A DNA stretch of 40,029 nt from positions 1 to 40,029 of IMG/VR virus record IMGVR_UViG_3300022670_000748, one strand, 5' to 3'. How positions within the stretch are numbered: the first letter of the stretch is position 1; every line of letters starts with the position of its first letter. A program made the position numbers and the translations under genes. Of the stretch, positions 8,058-18,484 are shown in pieces. Below the pieces are notes generated by a model. That model searched no databases. It was given only the letters and a program-made list of their open reading frames with translations, and had not been told where the DNA came from. The stretch comes from a virus. Taxonomy: Duplodnaviria > Caudoviricetes.

Positions 8058-9418
8058 GGTATTGTTATTGTTCCAGCTACAGCTATCCTTCCGTCAGGAA
8101 TAATTATATTTGCAAGAGGAGTAGATAAGTCATAAGACTCTAATTGTTGGCCTGTAGTTTTATCTACGGTTTGTAGAATTGCCAAGTTTAAATTATTTAT
8201 TAAAATATCTCCGTCATTTTCGTCAAAAGTCTCAACCCCATTCATACCGTTAGAACCACTAAAAAATGCAACTATATTCTCAGTAATTGCTGTACGCATA
8301 GTTAACGTGTCAGGCGATATTGCCGTAAATATAACATCTACAGGTACAGCAGTAGGAGCTAATACAATAAGATTTACAGAAACCTTATCAGAAGGCAAAA
8401 TCTCTAAAATACTATTTTTAACATTAGTTATATCTGGTGCTAAGGGAATTATATTTGATTCGCCATCTTTGACAAAAAAAACAGTTACAAAGCCTGCTTT
8501 ATCTTTATTATAACTTCCATTGACATTATCAGTAGCTCGCATTACAAATACACGAGTAACACCATTTATCAATTGTGCTTGCTTTGTAATTGCAGCTTCA
8601 TTAAACAAAGCCAGCGGATTAGCAAATGCTTGTAATATTCTTGTACGATAACTAGATTGGGTTTCTTGATCTTCACCGCCTACTAAACCATCTAAGTCTA
8701 CAAAAGCATTATCATTTACATTGACTATTGGATTTTGTAAAACTAATACTCCCCCACCGCTAACATTAGTTGTAGAACCAGTGTCAGTAGATTGCACAGT
8801 AATACTTGCAACATTATAGTCAGCAACTATTGTGCCAGTTGCTGGAGTTGTAGTATTACTAGCAACATCAAATGTAGCTTCTAAAGCATCAATAACTTCT
8901 ACCGTTTTTGTACCATTATAATTAGCCTGATCTGCACCACTTATTATAATATCAACACCACTTGCCAGACCATGATTGTCAACAAAGGTAATTGTAGCTA
9001 TGCCTGATGATTGAGTAATTTGGGCAACTGCTACAGTGTTAGCAGATAAAGTCCCTTCTTCCAAAGTTTGAAAAGTAATATCGCTAAATGATAACAATGC
9101 ACTTATTTCAATGACAACACCTGCTACACTCCCGCTAAAAATAGCTTTGCCGCTACTAGGCGTAGGACCATTTCGGATAATTCCTCGTTGATCTGCAAAA
9201 AAATCAAGAAACTCATCTTCTGCGGTTTGAGGGAAAAATTGTTTACCCTGAGACTCTGCAAGTTTGTAAAGATCAAATATTCTAAAGCCAGTAGCAGAGG
9301 CAAAAGCCTGCATAAAACTATTTTTTAAAAATGGATTACTTTCCGGCAATTGTCCTTGAATGTCAGACTTTACACGATTAACAACTTCATCAGCACTTGA
9401 AGGGAATTCAATAGGCAT
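8054..9418 (-). CDS. Baseplate J / Mu gp47-like wedge protein
   Basis: QFFPQTAEDEFLD..A..RGI.R, GG.DQET..SYRTRIL, GVTRVFV motifs. Confidence 0.92.
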   Translation of the reverse strand: MPIEFPSSADEVVNRVKSDIQGQLPESNPFLKNSFMQAFASATGFRIFDLYKLAESQGKQFFPQTAEDEFLDFFADQRGIIRNGPTPSSGKAIFSGSVAGVVIEISALLSFSDITFQTLEEGTLSANTVAVAQITQSSGIATITFVDNHGLASGVDIIISGADQANYNGTKTVEVIDALEATFDVASNTTTPATGTIVADYNVASITVQSTDTGSTTNVSGGGVLVLQNPIVNVNDNAFVDLDGLVGGEDQETQSSYRTRILQAFANPLALFNEAAITKQAQLINGVTRVFVMRATDNVNGSYNKDKAGFVTVFFVKDGESNIIPLAPDITNVKNSILEILPSDKVSVNLIVLAPTAVPVDVIFTAISPDTLTMRTAITENIVAFFSGSNGMNGVETFDENDGDILINNLNLAILQTVDKTTGQQLESYDLSTPLANIIIPDGRIAVAGTITIP

Positions 9419-9420
9419 AT

Positions 9421-9873
9421 TTAAAACTCAAGAGTATTTTGCCAGAGATTAAAAGACCAGCTCTCTTTAGTGCTATCATTAAATGTACCTTCAATCTGTA
9501 AAGATATATTGTTAATTGTTTGTTGACCTTCAACTTCAATCTTCTTTAAAAAACTATCATCAATTAGCCATTGTAACGCATTTTTTGTTAAATCAATAGA
9601 CTTGTTTAATGTATCAAAGTTATTGCGTGCCTGATCTAATAACCATAATTTTGATCCATGAGTAAAGTCAAAAAATAATTGATCTGCTAATGCCCCCCTT
9701 CTATTCAATGGATCGTAGGCTTCGGATTCCGTAGCCCTACCGTCAGTAAACAAGCTGAATAGCAACGAAGTCTGAAACCCACTCACAGTTTTCAAATCAC
9801 CATCGTCATCAATTACAATATCCCAGACATTCCTAGTTTGAGTGAATAAAACATCAATTGCTTCTGCTGACAT
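9421..9873 (-). CDS. Baseplate protein, Mu gp46-like
   Basis: SLFTDGRA, RRG..AD, GSKLWLLDQ, ALQWLIDD motifs. Confidence 0.92.
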   Translation of the reverse strand: MSAEAIDVLFTQTRNVWDIVIDDDGDLKTVSGFQTSLLFSLFTDGRATESEAYDPLNRRGALADQLFFDFTHGSKLWLLDQARNNFDTLNKSIDLTKNALQWLIDDSFLKKIEVEGQQTINNISLQIEGTFNDSTKESWSFNLWQNTLEF

Positions 9874-9882
9874 ATATTTTAC

Positions 9883-10479
9883 CTAATTTATCGGGATTCC
9901 AGTTTCACCAGCACCAGTTTGTACTCCGCCATGCTTATGCGTAGCGGTACTTATGTTACTTGAACCAACATTTACAACATCTTGTCCGCTCATATCTATA
10001 CCAGAGCTAAAGGTTGCATTGCCGCCACTTTCATTCGTGTAATCAGGAGCTGAGAATGGAACCGAACTTACAAGACTTGTCTCTGTTAAAGTTAATGTCG
10101 CACTTCCAACTTTTAATATTATCTTTTCGCCTTTAGATTCAACAGTTACATTACCATCTTTGTCAAAAAAAATAAATGAACCAGTCAAAACGTTACCATT
10201 TTTGACTTCGCCTTTCTCCAGATTCTTAAATCGTGTGCTAGGATTAGTAACAAAACCCACAGGATTACTATCAGTCCCCGCAACTCCCAATAATACTACC
10301 AAAGAATCAATATCGGGCGGATTAGAATAATGCCCATAAGGCTGAATATTTAAAGCTTTTATTTGTTTGCCAAAATAACTAACATTTAATATTTGACGAC
10401 TACCAGAGTCATCAACAGAGGTGGAGATAAACCCTAATTTAACTAAATTGGTTATTTTTGATAAAACTTTATGTAACAT
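9883..10479 (-). CDS. Baseplate spike, Mu gp45-like
   Basis: QPYG..S.PP, L.KGEV, C-terminal HKHGGVQTG (HxH iron-binding tip). Confidence 0.92.
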   Translation of the reverse strand: MLHKVLSKITNLVKLGFISTSVDDSGSRQILNVSYFGKQIKALNIQPYGHYSNPPDIDSLVVLLGVAGTDSNPVGFVTNPSTRFKNLEKGEVKNGNVLTGSFIFFDKDGNVTVESKGEKIILKVGSATLTLTETSLVSSVPFSAPDYTNESGGNATFSSGIDMSGQDVVNVGSSNISTATHKHGGVQTGAGETGIPIN

Positions 10480-11633
10480 TAAAAACGCCCTGATATATTA
10501 TTTGACTTTGTAGTAGTAGTGTCAAAATTCAATTGGTCATCATCGCCCGTAGGTTGATACCAAACATTTGATAAAATAACATCTTCTGCCAACAATGAAT
10601 AGGTATCTTTTTGTACCAAAGTCAATGCAAGTAAATTACCATTTTCATTCATTGTATAGTTAGTGCTTTCAACTAACATCACTTCATCAACACCTGCAAT
10701 CTCATCACGTACCTTTATTAACTCATTTATTTTTATAAGAGTACGTTGGTTATTAACAATAAAACTATGTCCATTTAGAATTACCGTGTATTTTCTTGAA
10801 TTAGCGATCTGGCTATTTAGTCGCCATAAAGCCCTATCTTGTAATTTATCTTGTGTATAGCTATCTGCATCTATATCTACATATCTGCGACCTGTTCTAA
10901 TATTATCATCAGTTGCTATTGCAATTACATTAGTTTGTTGTTCAAGACTTTTGCCTCTATCATCAACATCATTAAAATTAGCAAATGTTCTATACTCATA
11001 AATATTAAATAATCCTGTTGTATCATAAGTAACTGAGGCTTTATATATATTATTTTGACCTCCTACAATATTAAGTAAATTATATCCATTCCTGTTAGCA
11101 CCAGAATTAGCTATTACTACATTACCATTTTCATCTGTTAGCAATACTGTTGATTTTTTTAATGAATATGTTTTAATAAAATCATAGACTGATTCACCAG
11201 TCCCTCCAATTTGTTGATCTGTAGCAAAAAAAGGCTCTTCATTATTACTCGTATCCAACACTGTATATCGAGTTAATCCTACTGCTTTAAAAACGTTATT
11301 TATAAAATCAAGCAAAGTAACACTATTTGTTTTGGTAAAAGTAGCAGATAATCTACTATCTATTATATCCGCTGTTAATTCTCGTCCAGACACAATTACA
11401 GTATAAGTATCTTTAGCATAATTAACTTGTAACTTTTCTACAAATCCCGTCAATAATTTTATATTATCGGCAAAAACCTCAATCTCATCAAAAGGTTTTA
11501 CAGGAAAGTTATCTAATTTTTCAGTACCTGTTGCTTGAAACAGGTAAGTACCTGACAATGAAGTCATAGTCTTACCCGCTTGAGCATGTGTAAAGCCTGT
11601 GAGATGCGTGCCATTAACTGCTAGGGTCAACAT
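10479..11633 (-). CDS. Baseplate hub, Mu gpP/gp44-like
   Basis: LTGFVEKL...VSGRELTADIIDS, GESVYDFI, LLTDENGNVVI; start placed at ATG 11633 (ORF extends to 11663). Confidence 0.88.
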   Translation of the reverse strand: MLTLAVNGTHLTGFTHAQAGKTMTSLSGTYLFQATGTEKLDNFPVKPFDEIEVFADNIKLLTGFVEKLQVNYAKDTYTVIVSGRELTADIIDSRLSATFTKTNSVTLLDFINNVFKAVGLTRYTVLDTSNNEEPFFATDQQIGGTGESVYDFIKTYSLKKSTVLLTDENGNVVIANSGANRNGYNLLNIVGGQNNIYKASVTYDTTGLFNIYEYRTFANFNDVDDRGKSLEQQTNVIAIATDDNIRTGRRYVDIDADSYTQDKLQDRALWRLNSQIANSRKYTVILNGHSFIVNNQRTLIKINELIKVRDEIAGVDEVMLVESTNYTMNENGNLLALTLVQKDTYSLLAEDVILSNVWYQPTGDDDQLNFDTTTTKSNNISGRF

Positions 11634-12918
11634 CACCCAATACCTCAATTTCACCAACAACAAAAATTGGATCGTTTAAATTATTCAAATCTTGAATTTC
11701 AACACTTCTAGTCGAGTCTTGATATAGATAATATGATAATACAGACAAGGGTTGCGGAGCTAATAATGTTATTCTATTTATTGTGGCAGTAGTTAATCTT
11801 TTATCAGTAAATACTTGATCTGCAAGCCCTCTAAGCTCATTAAAAGACTCATATGCATCATCGCTTAAATTATCTTTTATAATGTTAAATTGTTGCTCTA
11901 ATGATTGCTGTTGAACATCAATATCAACTACACTCTCAAAATCAACCCTAACTGCATATCTGTATTGTTCTACCAACGCCGCCTGTTGAACACTATTTGT
12001 CAATAAATCAGCATTAATTTTAATCTCATCATCTTGAAAAGTAATAGGGTTAGATTTAACCGCAATGTCAGGTGATAAGTTTTCTATAGAAAAGTTTTGT
12101 TGGTCTTGAGTAGGCGTGTTTGAACCAAATGTATTTACACTCTGTCCAAATTGATTGAATCTTTTAAGCCCTGCAATTGCAGTTAAAGAATCAGTAACTA
12201 AACTTCCAGCCCCTGTTACAGTGCCTACCAAAGTATTAAATAAACTGAATGGATTAGCTAATAAAGCATTGACTAATTCTATATTGTTTTCAATCTCAGT
12301 AGTAAAATTAGCTAAATCAGTCAAACTATCAGCTAGAGGCAAAAAAGCATTCTGTATTTCTGTCAATGAATTTGTAAAAATATCGCTAGATGATGAATAA
12401 GAATCTTTTAAAAAATCACTGTTAATAAAACTCCCAGAATTACCACTTGCAATATTAGTATTCACCTCATCAGCTTTATCACTTACTGTTTGACTGCCTA
12501 CAGTATTACCTGCTTGCGGCAATGGGGTGCTTGAGATAGAGTCATCTACAACTGTTGCTGTAAAAGTAATTTGTCCCCACCCTAATTTGTTAATATTTTC
12601 TTTGAGTTTATAAAGTCCAGTTACAACTTTTAACTCGCCATAAAAAGGGTGAATAAGAGTATTGGCAGCAGGACTTTCTAAGGCTTGTAATAATGCGTCC
12701 CTGTTGCGAAAATAATCTTGGAATAATGCAGGACTATTCTCTAACATACCAGTAACTTCAAATTTACGCAGGTATTGCCCTAAGTCTTGAGATTCCCTAC
12801 GATCTGTTCCTATATATTCAAAAATAGCTTGCCGTCTACCGCCTGTGGTAGTATTTTTAGTAACTAGGAATTTAATACCAGCATAACTTGCTGGGTGTAA
12901 TTTTCTCAAAAGATTCAT
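11614..12918 (-). CDS. Mu gpN-like tail/baseplate protein (DNA circularization family)
   Basis: LHPASYAGIKF, GGRR..IFEY, QDLG, TLIHPFYG, C-terminal LysM-like LY.DSTR..EI..LN....P.FV. Confidence 0.92.
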   Translation of the reverse strand: MNLLRKLHPASYAGIKFLVTKNTTTGGRRQAIFEYIGTDRRESQDLGQYLRKFEVTGMLENSPALFQDYFRNRDALLQALESPAANTLIHPFYGELKVVTGLYKLKENINKLGWGQITFTATVVDDSISSTPLPQAGNTVGSQTVSDKADEVNTNIASGNSGSFINSDFLKDSYSSSSDIFTNSLTEIQNAFLPLADSLTDLANFTTEIENNIELVNALLANPFSLFNTLVGTVTGAGSLVTDSLTAIAGLKRFNQFGQSVNTFGSNTPTQDQQNFSIENLSPDIAVKSNPITFQDDEIKINADLLTNSVQQAALVEQYRYAVRVDFESVVDIDVQQQSLEQQFNIIKDNLSDDAYESFNELRGLADQVFTDKRLTTATINRITLLAPQPLSVLSYYLYQDSTRSVEIQDLNNLNDPIFVVGEIEVLGDVDPSS

Positions 12919-14372
12919 TACACCATTCCCCTATCGCCATTAAAGCCAATATCAAATAACAATTCTTTGGCAAAAGAAGAGCTGCTTTCATGGTACATAG
13001 ACTTAGCTTTCATTCCCTCAGCTTCAATCTCTATTTTTACGTTATGTTGAGTCGGTTCAGGTGTTCCGAGAAACTTATCATATAATTTTACAGCTTCTTC
13101 TGTTGTAGACAATCCGCCTGCTATAGAAAATCCCATAGGAGTCAACATACTAGTTTTAGTTTTTTCTCTAATAAATTTACTTATTGCATCATGCCGTTCA
13201 GGTGCCCTAGCAATTTTATCAATTAGACCTAACCCTTTGTTTAATAATTGTAATATCCCAATTAAATGACTTGATTTTAGAGCAGCCATTCCTGTTACTC
13301 GGCTTAAATCTACCATGGTTTGTTTTAATTGCCCTAAATTACCAACCAATGTTGTAGTAGCCATTCTTACAGCTTCTCCTTTAGCTCCTCGTTGAGTTAC
13401 CCATTCAGTCAACATCTTGTTAAATTGCATTGGTCGCACAGCTTGTGCAGATAAATAAGCATTTAAGGTTCGCATAACCATTTGCTGGCTTGGATCACTT
13501 GGATCAATTTTAAAAGCTTTGTCGCCAAACACCTGTCTGCCCAACATACTATAAAGATTAACGCCACGCCTACTTAACATTTGGAATGTTTCAATACCAG
13601 CGGTTCCCATTGTCTGGACTCTAGTATACATTTGGGCTATTTCTTGTGTACTGGTTCCAGTTAATGCTGCAATATCAGCAGACTGTCTAACCAACTTCAT
13701 AGCAGCCTCGCCTCTAAAGCCAGCTTCTGCTACCAATTTGTATGCCTGAGCTGTATCCTGAAAGCTTCTACCCGTTTTTATAGAAATATCACGTAGTTGA
13801 TCTATAGCCACGATAGCCTTTTTAAGTCCTCCTACCAGAGGTGCTAATCGCATTTCTGTTACCTTTAAATGCGAGGCTGTAACCATTGCACCGACTGCAC
13901 CCGCAGCAGTAGCTGCTACTCCCAATATTTTGCCAGCAGGTCCCATTTTTGATAAAAACCCTAATTTACTCCCAACAGTTAAAGCTATATTGCCAACATT
14001 CTGTAATTTTCTGCTTACTACATCTAAAGGACGGGTTTTAACTTTTTCTGTAATATTTGCAAAAGTATTGCCAGTTTGTAATGCAACTTTCTCAAGTTTC
14101 ATACTTTTATTTTGTAGATCAACAATAGATGATCTTGTTAGTTGTGATGATGCTCTTAATTTTTTATGTAAATGAGCAAATTGAGTTGTAGTGTTTCCAA
14201 AAACTTTAGTATATCTTGATCCAAGATTATTTATTTGTTTGCCAGCAGATTGCAAAGATCTGTTATGCTGACCTACTTTTTGATTTAACTTTGAAAAGTT
14301 TTTTTCAATATTCTTTAAAGTTGCAGAAAACTTGTCAACCGCTTTTATCGAATAGGTAATGGTAAAAGACAT
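12918..14372 (-). CDS. Tail tape measure protein
   Basis: IKAVDKFSATLK N-terminus, helical Ala/Gly-rich body, position after chaperone. Confidence 0.85.
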   Translation of the reverse strand: MSFTITYSIKAVDKFSATLKNIEKNFSKLNQKVGQHNRSLQSAGKQINNLGSRYTKVFGNTTTQFAHLHKKLRASSQLTRSSIVDLQNKSMKLEKVALQTGNTFANITEKVKTRPLDVVSRKLQNVGNIALTVGSKLGFLSKMGPAGKILGVAATAAGAVGAMVTASHLKVTEMRLAPLVGGLKKAIVAIDQLRDISIKTGRSFQDTAQAYKLVAEAGFRGEAAMKLVRQSADIAALTGTSTQEIAQMYTRVQTMGTAGIETFQMLSRRGVNLYSMLGRQVFGDKAFKIDPSDPSQQMVMRTLNAYLSAQAVRPMQFNKMLTEWVTQRGAKGEAVRMATTTLVGNLGQLKQTMVDLSRVTGMAALKSSHLIGILQLLNKGLGLIDKIARAPERHDAISKFIREKTKTSMLTPMGFSIAGGLSTTEEAVKLYDKFLGTPEPTQHNVKIEIEAEGMKAKSMYHESSSSFAKELLFDIGFNGDRGMV

Positions 14373-14551
14373 TATTCAGTATCCTTCCTTTGCCGATCAG
14401 CAATGCGTTCTGCCTGTTTTAATGCTTTTTTGAATTTATTTATTCGCATATTTTCCGCTTCGGTAATACTTATTCCCCCCCTAAAAAAATATACAAGATC
14501 ATAGATGCAATTATCGATCTCATCTTTACCTAAGAGGGAAGAGTAAAAAAA
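14372..14551 (-). CDS. C-terminal extension of tail assembly chaperone reached by -1 frameshift (gpGT-like)
   Basis: Slippery T TTT TTT at 14545..14551; -1 frame open (YSSLLGKDEIDNCIYDLVYFFRGGISITEAENMRI...RKDTE*) ending in TAATG overlap with tape measure start. Confidence 0.75.
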   Translation of the reverse strand, partial: FFYSSLLGKDEIDNCIYDLVYFFRGGISITEAENMRINKFKKALKQAERIADRQRKDTE

Positions 14552-14973
14552 TATATATAAGCTCCTAAAGCTTTTTCAACATCAGATAATTTTAAACTAT
14601 TAAACAATAATTCAGTTATTTTTACTTTATTACTGAATAATGCACAATCAGTATTTAATAACAAATTCTTAAATTTACTCACTAATGCTGCATAATCAAC
14701 TTTAGCATCAATCATAAGTGCGTTAATAAATAAAGCAGCATCGCCTATCTCATCTGAAGATCCACTATCATCTTTTTTGGTATCATCTATTACTTCTGGC
14801 TTTTTGTTGGTTTGGAAGTCCATTATAACCTTCATAGCAATGTCTCGGATAGGATAATAATATTTATAATCAGAAGTTTTAGGACATTTGATAACTAAAT
14901 CTTTGAATTTTACCATTTCACCCTTACATGCAGCTTCAATGGGACTATCAAGTTTTACTACTAATTCTTCCAT
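14530..14973 (-). CDS. Tail assembly chaperone (gpG-like)
   Basis: Between tube and tape measure; start at 14973 overlaps tube stop (TAATG). Confidence 0.8.
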   Translation of the reverse strand: MEELVVKLDSPIEAACKGEMVKFKDLVIKCPKTSDYKYYYPIRDIAMKVIMDFQTNKKPEVIDDTKKDDSGSSDEIGDAALFINALMIDAKVDYAALVSKFKNLLLNTDCALFSNKVKITELLFNSLKLSDVEKALGAYIYFFTLPS

Positions 14974-15371
14974 TATACTGCTGCCCTCGATTTCCACTCT
15001 GTCGGAATTGTGCCATCACTTTTTAGATTTATCTTATAGTTACTGGTCAATGCAGCCCCCAAAAATGTTCTAGTGATCTCTTTACCAGTGCTATCATCAA
15101 TACCAGATACCCGCACTAAATTATTATTCCCTAAGATTTTAAATTGCCGCAATAACTCTATATTATCTATAGTTGGCAAAGCCTCAAGATTAAAGGTCGA
15201 GATTCTAGTTTCTATATTGTCAACAAATACGGGTGTAACATTCCCACCCCCTGTTGAAGTTACTTTAAAATCTTGTTCACCTAGTCCTTCATCGAATTCA
15301 AATGTGTTGGCAAGGATTGCAAATGAATTATTGTTAATATGAACAGTAGGGTTATTTATTACTTTTGCCAT
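14973..15371 (-). CDS. Tail tube protein
   Basis: 132-aa beta-rich ORF directly after sheath; AGAGG RBS. Confidence 0.8.
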   Translation of the reverse strand: MAKVINNPTVHINNNSFAILANTFEFDEGLGEQDFKVTSTGGGNVTPVFVDNIETRISTFNLEALPTIDNIELLRQFKILGNNNLVRVSGIDDSTGKEITRTFLGAALTSNYKINLKSDGTIPTEWKSRAAV

Positions 15372-15383
15372 TTAGTTATACCT

Positions 15384-16922
15384 CTATATGATAAATGATA
15401 TTTGCATATCAGCAATTAAAGATCGTAATTGAGTTACAATAGGTGTTCTCATAGTAACAATTACACGACCTTTCTCAAGATCAACACTGATAGTTAAATT
15501 CTGTTTATAGAATTGTAAGGCTTCCTCGCCAGCTTCTGTTAAAACAAAATCACCTTCGCTTAAAGTAGTAAAATAGCCTACAAATAATGCCCTTAAACTT
15601 GTTTGATTTTCTATAGCTCGTAAAGCAATAAGATCACCTTTTGTTAACCTAGTTTGTGCATTATCAGATTTAAAGTTATTAAACATAAATTCTCTAGCAC
15701 CAGAGATTGTATCGACAAAGTTTAAAAATTTAAAACTAGCGTCAGGATTACCAGCACTGTCAGTTTTATAAGTAGTAGCTACTTCTCCTAGTAAAATCTT
15801 GGTGTTAGCAATATTATTACCAATTACTGAGATACCGGCAGTAGTTAAAGCCACAATCTCGGTTTCATCAAAACCTAACTCAACATCTCCTAAACTAATA
15901 AAAGCCAAAGGAGTATTAAAATATGGCAATGACGCAATAGCAGCACCACCGATGGAATCAAGCTGTCCCGCACTAACTACTATCTCCGAAATATCCGCAT
16001 CTTCGGTAAGCCTTAATCCCCTTAATGCCCCAATCTCACCACTTTTAACATATGATAGCTCTATAATAGCCGCACCATTATGCTTAGCAGTAGTTACCAA
16101 TTTATCACCAAAAATAACTAAACTTTGACTATCTTGAGTATTGCCTATAGCTTCAAGATTAGAAAAAGTATCAACTGCCGTAACAACAGCTACCCCATCT
16201 AAAATATTATTAGTAACATTGAAACGTGGATCAAGAAAATCAGTTAAATAAGTCAAACCCCATGCAAAGGGAGCCATTATTGTTTGATAACGAGTATTAC
16301 CTACAACATCAAATAATGTAGAAGTATCAGGATTTGTCGTACCGCCGGTAAATGCCGTAGTTACAATAATTAAACCACCCACAACACCAGTTACAGCAAG
16401 TGTTAAAGCATTACCCTCAGTGCCAGTATGAATATAAGTAAATGTTATTACGCCAGCAACATTAGCAGCACTTATAGGTACATTAGTATTTGCGTTAACT
16501 GCTGCCTCTATTTTATCGCCAATTGTTGTTGGTGTATCCGCATCTACTATATCAATTAAAAAACTAAAATCATTCTGCGAACCTAAAATTACCGTAATAC
16601 TTCCATCTTCGGTCGGAGAACCTGTCAACGTTAAAGTGGAATTAGCTATTGCCCCTGCTGCATCATCTAAAGCAATTGCATCAAGACGAGTAACACCGTT
16701 CACCAATCTTGCTCGCCTAATCATAGCTGCAAGCATAGATTTAGGACCAAATAATGTATCCCAAGAGTTATCATTCTCAATATTAGTAATTAACTCGCCC
16801 GCAACTGCGGTACCACCTGCTTGTTTTTGTCCTACATATAAAAGACGCTGTGGCTTATTTTCAACTGTTAATTTGTCAGGTGAAATATTAAATGTAACAC
16901 TTGGGCGTGCAATAGCTGTCAT
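15384..16922 (-). CDS. Tail sheath protein (Mu gpL-like)
   Basis: LFGPKSMLAAM, F.GG.T.PD, TTYKTDSAGNPDASF motifs; 512 aa. Confidence 0.93.
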   Translation of the reverse strand: MTAIARPSVTFNISPDKLTVENKPQRLLYVGQKQAGGTAVAGELITNIENDNSWDTLFGPKSMLAAMIRRARLVNGVTRLDAIALDDAAGAIANSTLTLTGSPTEDGSITVILGSQNDFSFLIDIVDADTPTTIGDKIEAAVNANTNVPISAANVAGVITFTYIHTGTEGNALTLAVTGVVGGLIIVTTAFTGGTTNPDTSTLFDVVGNTRYQTIMAPFAWGLTYLTDFLDPRFNVTNNILDGVAVVTAVDTFSNLEAIGNTQDSQSLVIFGDKLVTTAKHNGAAIIELSYVKSGEIGALRGLRLTEDADISEIVVSAGQLDSIGGAAIASLPYFNTPLAFISLGDVELGFDETEIVALTTAGISVIGNNIANTKILLGEVATTYKTDSAGNPDASFKFLNFVDTISGAREFMFNNFKSDNAQTRLTKGDLIALRAIENQTSLRALFVGYFTTLSEGDFVLTEAGEEALQFYKQNLTISVDLEKGRVIVTMRTPIVTQLRSLIADMQISFII

Positions 16923-16937
16923 ATCTTTTCCTCATTA

Positions 16938-16975
16938 TGTTCAAAAATTGTACACTATTTATATAATCATAACAA
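16938..16975 (-). promoter_or_regulatory. Sigma70-like promoter of sheath operon (TTGTTA-N17-TACAAT) overlapped by operator variant TGTTCAAAAATTGTACA
   Basis: Same architecture as promoter upstream of prohead protease. Confidence 0.6.
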
Positions 16976-16988
16976 ATATATATTATAA

Positions 16989-18074
16989 TTAAATAGGGTC
17001 ATCGTCTAAATCAATCTCATCATCAATAATTGCAATATCATTGGCATTAAACCATTGAACATTTGCGTCTCTAAACGCTCGGGTTGGCTGTTTATCAACA
17101 ACATCACTTTTGCTTACTTGTACTACTTGTTGCCATTGATAATGATGAATATAATAGCTTTTAGTATAACCAATCATACCGTCCCCAAGCGGGACAACAC
17201 TGCTTATCGGAGTTGCAATAGCCATTCCTGTCTCAAATTCTGCATTCAACAATACGCTGTAAAGTGCTGTTCTTAATTCTTCTGCTAAATCTCTTGCTGC
17301 TCTTCCTGTTATTTTATCATCACTTTTAGTAAAAAAGTAAAAACTAAAATTCTGCATCATCTCCAAATTCCAGTCATTCAATGCAGTTTGATTTTGTTGG
17401 GCATCTCTTGTTACCCTTCTACTCTTTCCTATCTCTACATCATCTAAAATAACAAAACCCCAATTTTCAAAAGACCCTCCGTTAGAAAATTGGGACTCAT
17501 AAACATTTGATAATCTTCCTATATCTGTACCCCCAGAAATCCTTATTTGTTTAACTACCTTTATACTTTCTGTTGAAATATCAGGATTAACATTTTCAAC
17601 CACAATTCTAATAGTTATTGTATCTATTACTTCAACATTATGTACGCCATTTACATTATTAAACTGCAAATTCTCCAACAATATATAATCTCCAGCAGTA
17701 ATAGTAACCCCTGCGGTACTTGCTGTGAACGTTAATCTGTTAGGAACAGTCAACAAAGGTAAGGTAAACTCTTCACTAGTAGTAGTGTTCAAAATTTGAA
17801 CACTTTCTTGGAAGTTTTGAGTTAAATCATGGTCTGTAGCGGTGGTAAATGTCCCTATATCGTCAATATCTACAATAGAGTCTATCGTTGTATCAATTAC
17901 TGCGTCAAAGATTGTAATTCTATCTCCATTTGATAATCCGTGGGGAGCATCAAAAGTAATATCAACATCATCTCCACCTACTACCACAAAAGTTACATTT
18001 AATAAATCAGAAAATATATCAGTGAATTGTGGTAAATATTGCATCAAAAATGTAATTACATCAGCAGCTTTCAC
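16989..18074 (-). CDS. Tail terminator/neck protein with inserted beta domains
   Basis: Position between gp10-like gene and sheath; HGLSNGDRITI and HDLT insert motifs. Confidence 0.6.
   Translation of the reverse strand: MKAADVITFLMQYLPQFTDIFSDLLNVTFVVVGGDDVDITFDAPHGLSNGDRITIFDAVIDTTIDSIVDIDDIGTFTTATDHDLTQNFQESVQILNTTTSEEFTLPLLTVPNRLTFTASTAGVTITAGDYILLENLQFNNVNGVHNVEVIDTITIRIVVENVNPDISTESIKVVKQIRISGGTDIGRLSNVYESQFSNGGSFENWGFVILDDVEIGKSRRVTRDAQQNQTALNDWNLEMMQNFSFYFFTKSDDKITGRAARDLAEELRTALYSVLLNAEFETGMAIATPISSVVPLGDGMIGYTKSYYIHHYQWQQVVQVSKSDVVDKQPTRAFRDANVQWFNANDIAIIDDEIDLDDDPI
17784..17804. promoter_or_regulatory. Intragenic copy of palindromic operator (AGTGTTCAAAATTTGAACACT)
   Basis: 21-bp palindrome containing the 17-bp core, inside CDS 16989..18074. 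Confidence 0.55.
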
Positions 18075-18484
18075 TTGATTGCCTTCTTAATCTGTTGTTC
18101 AAAATAATGTATAGTTTCTTTTTGTCTAGCTTTAATCGCTCGTGTTAAATAAGGTCTTGGTTTTATTTTAGCAGTTCCTTTTTCTAAAAATCCTGAATAA
18201 GGTGCATCTGCTCCAAAGTCTAAGCTGTTGAAACTGTGATCTTTAAAGTTAATACTAGTAGCTAATCTGCCAGTCCTGTTCGCAGGTGATTCCCCTGGGG
18301 CTGAGGCTTGATGCCTGCCATAAATTATCCCAGTTTTAGGTGGATTTTTTACAAAGTTAACTGATGCTTTCTTTAAATCTTCGCCAATTAACAAAAAGGC
18401 TTTTCTAATTCCAGTCTTGGTATTAGCATCTAATTTTTTTAAGTTGCGAGTAACTGAGCTGTCTATAAGAGAAATCTTAAACAA
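18071..18484 (-). CDS. HK97 gp10-like tail completion protein
   Basis: HQASAPGESPANRTGRLATSI, YSGFLEKGT.KIKPRPYL. Confidence 0.9.
   Translation of the reverse strand: MFKISLIDSSVTRNLKKLDANTKTGIRKAFLLIGEDLKKASVNFVKNPPKTGIIYGRHQASAPGESPANRTGRLATSINFKDHSFNSLDFGADAPYSGFLEKGTAKIKPRPYLTRAIKARQKETIHYFEQQIKKAIK

Noticed and set aside
7440-16922. Transposable Mu-like phage or stand-alone tailocin
   Set aside because: Only the tail is Mu-like; no MuA/MuB; a complete head and packaging module is present
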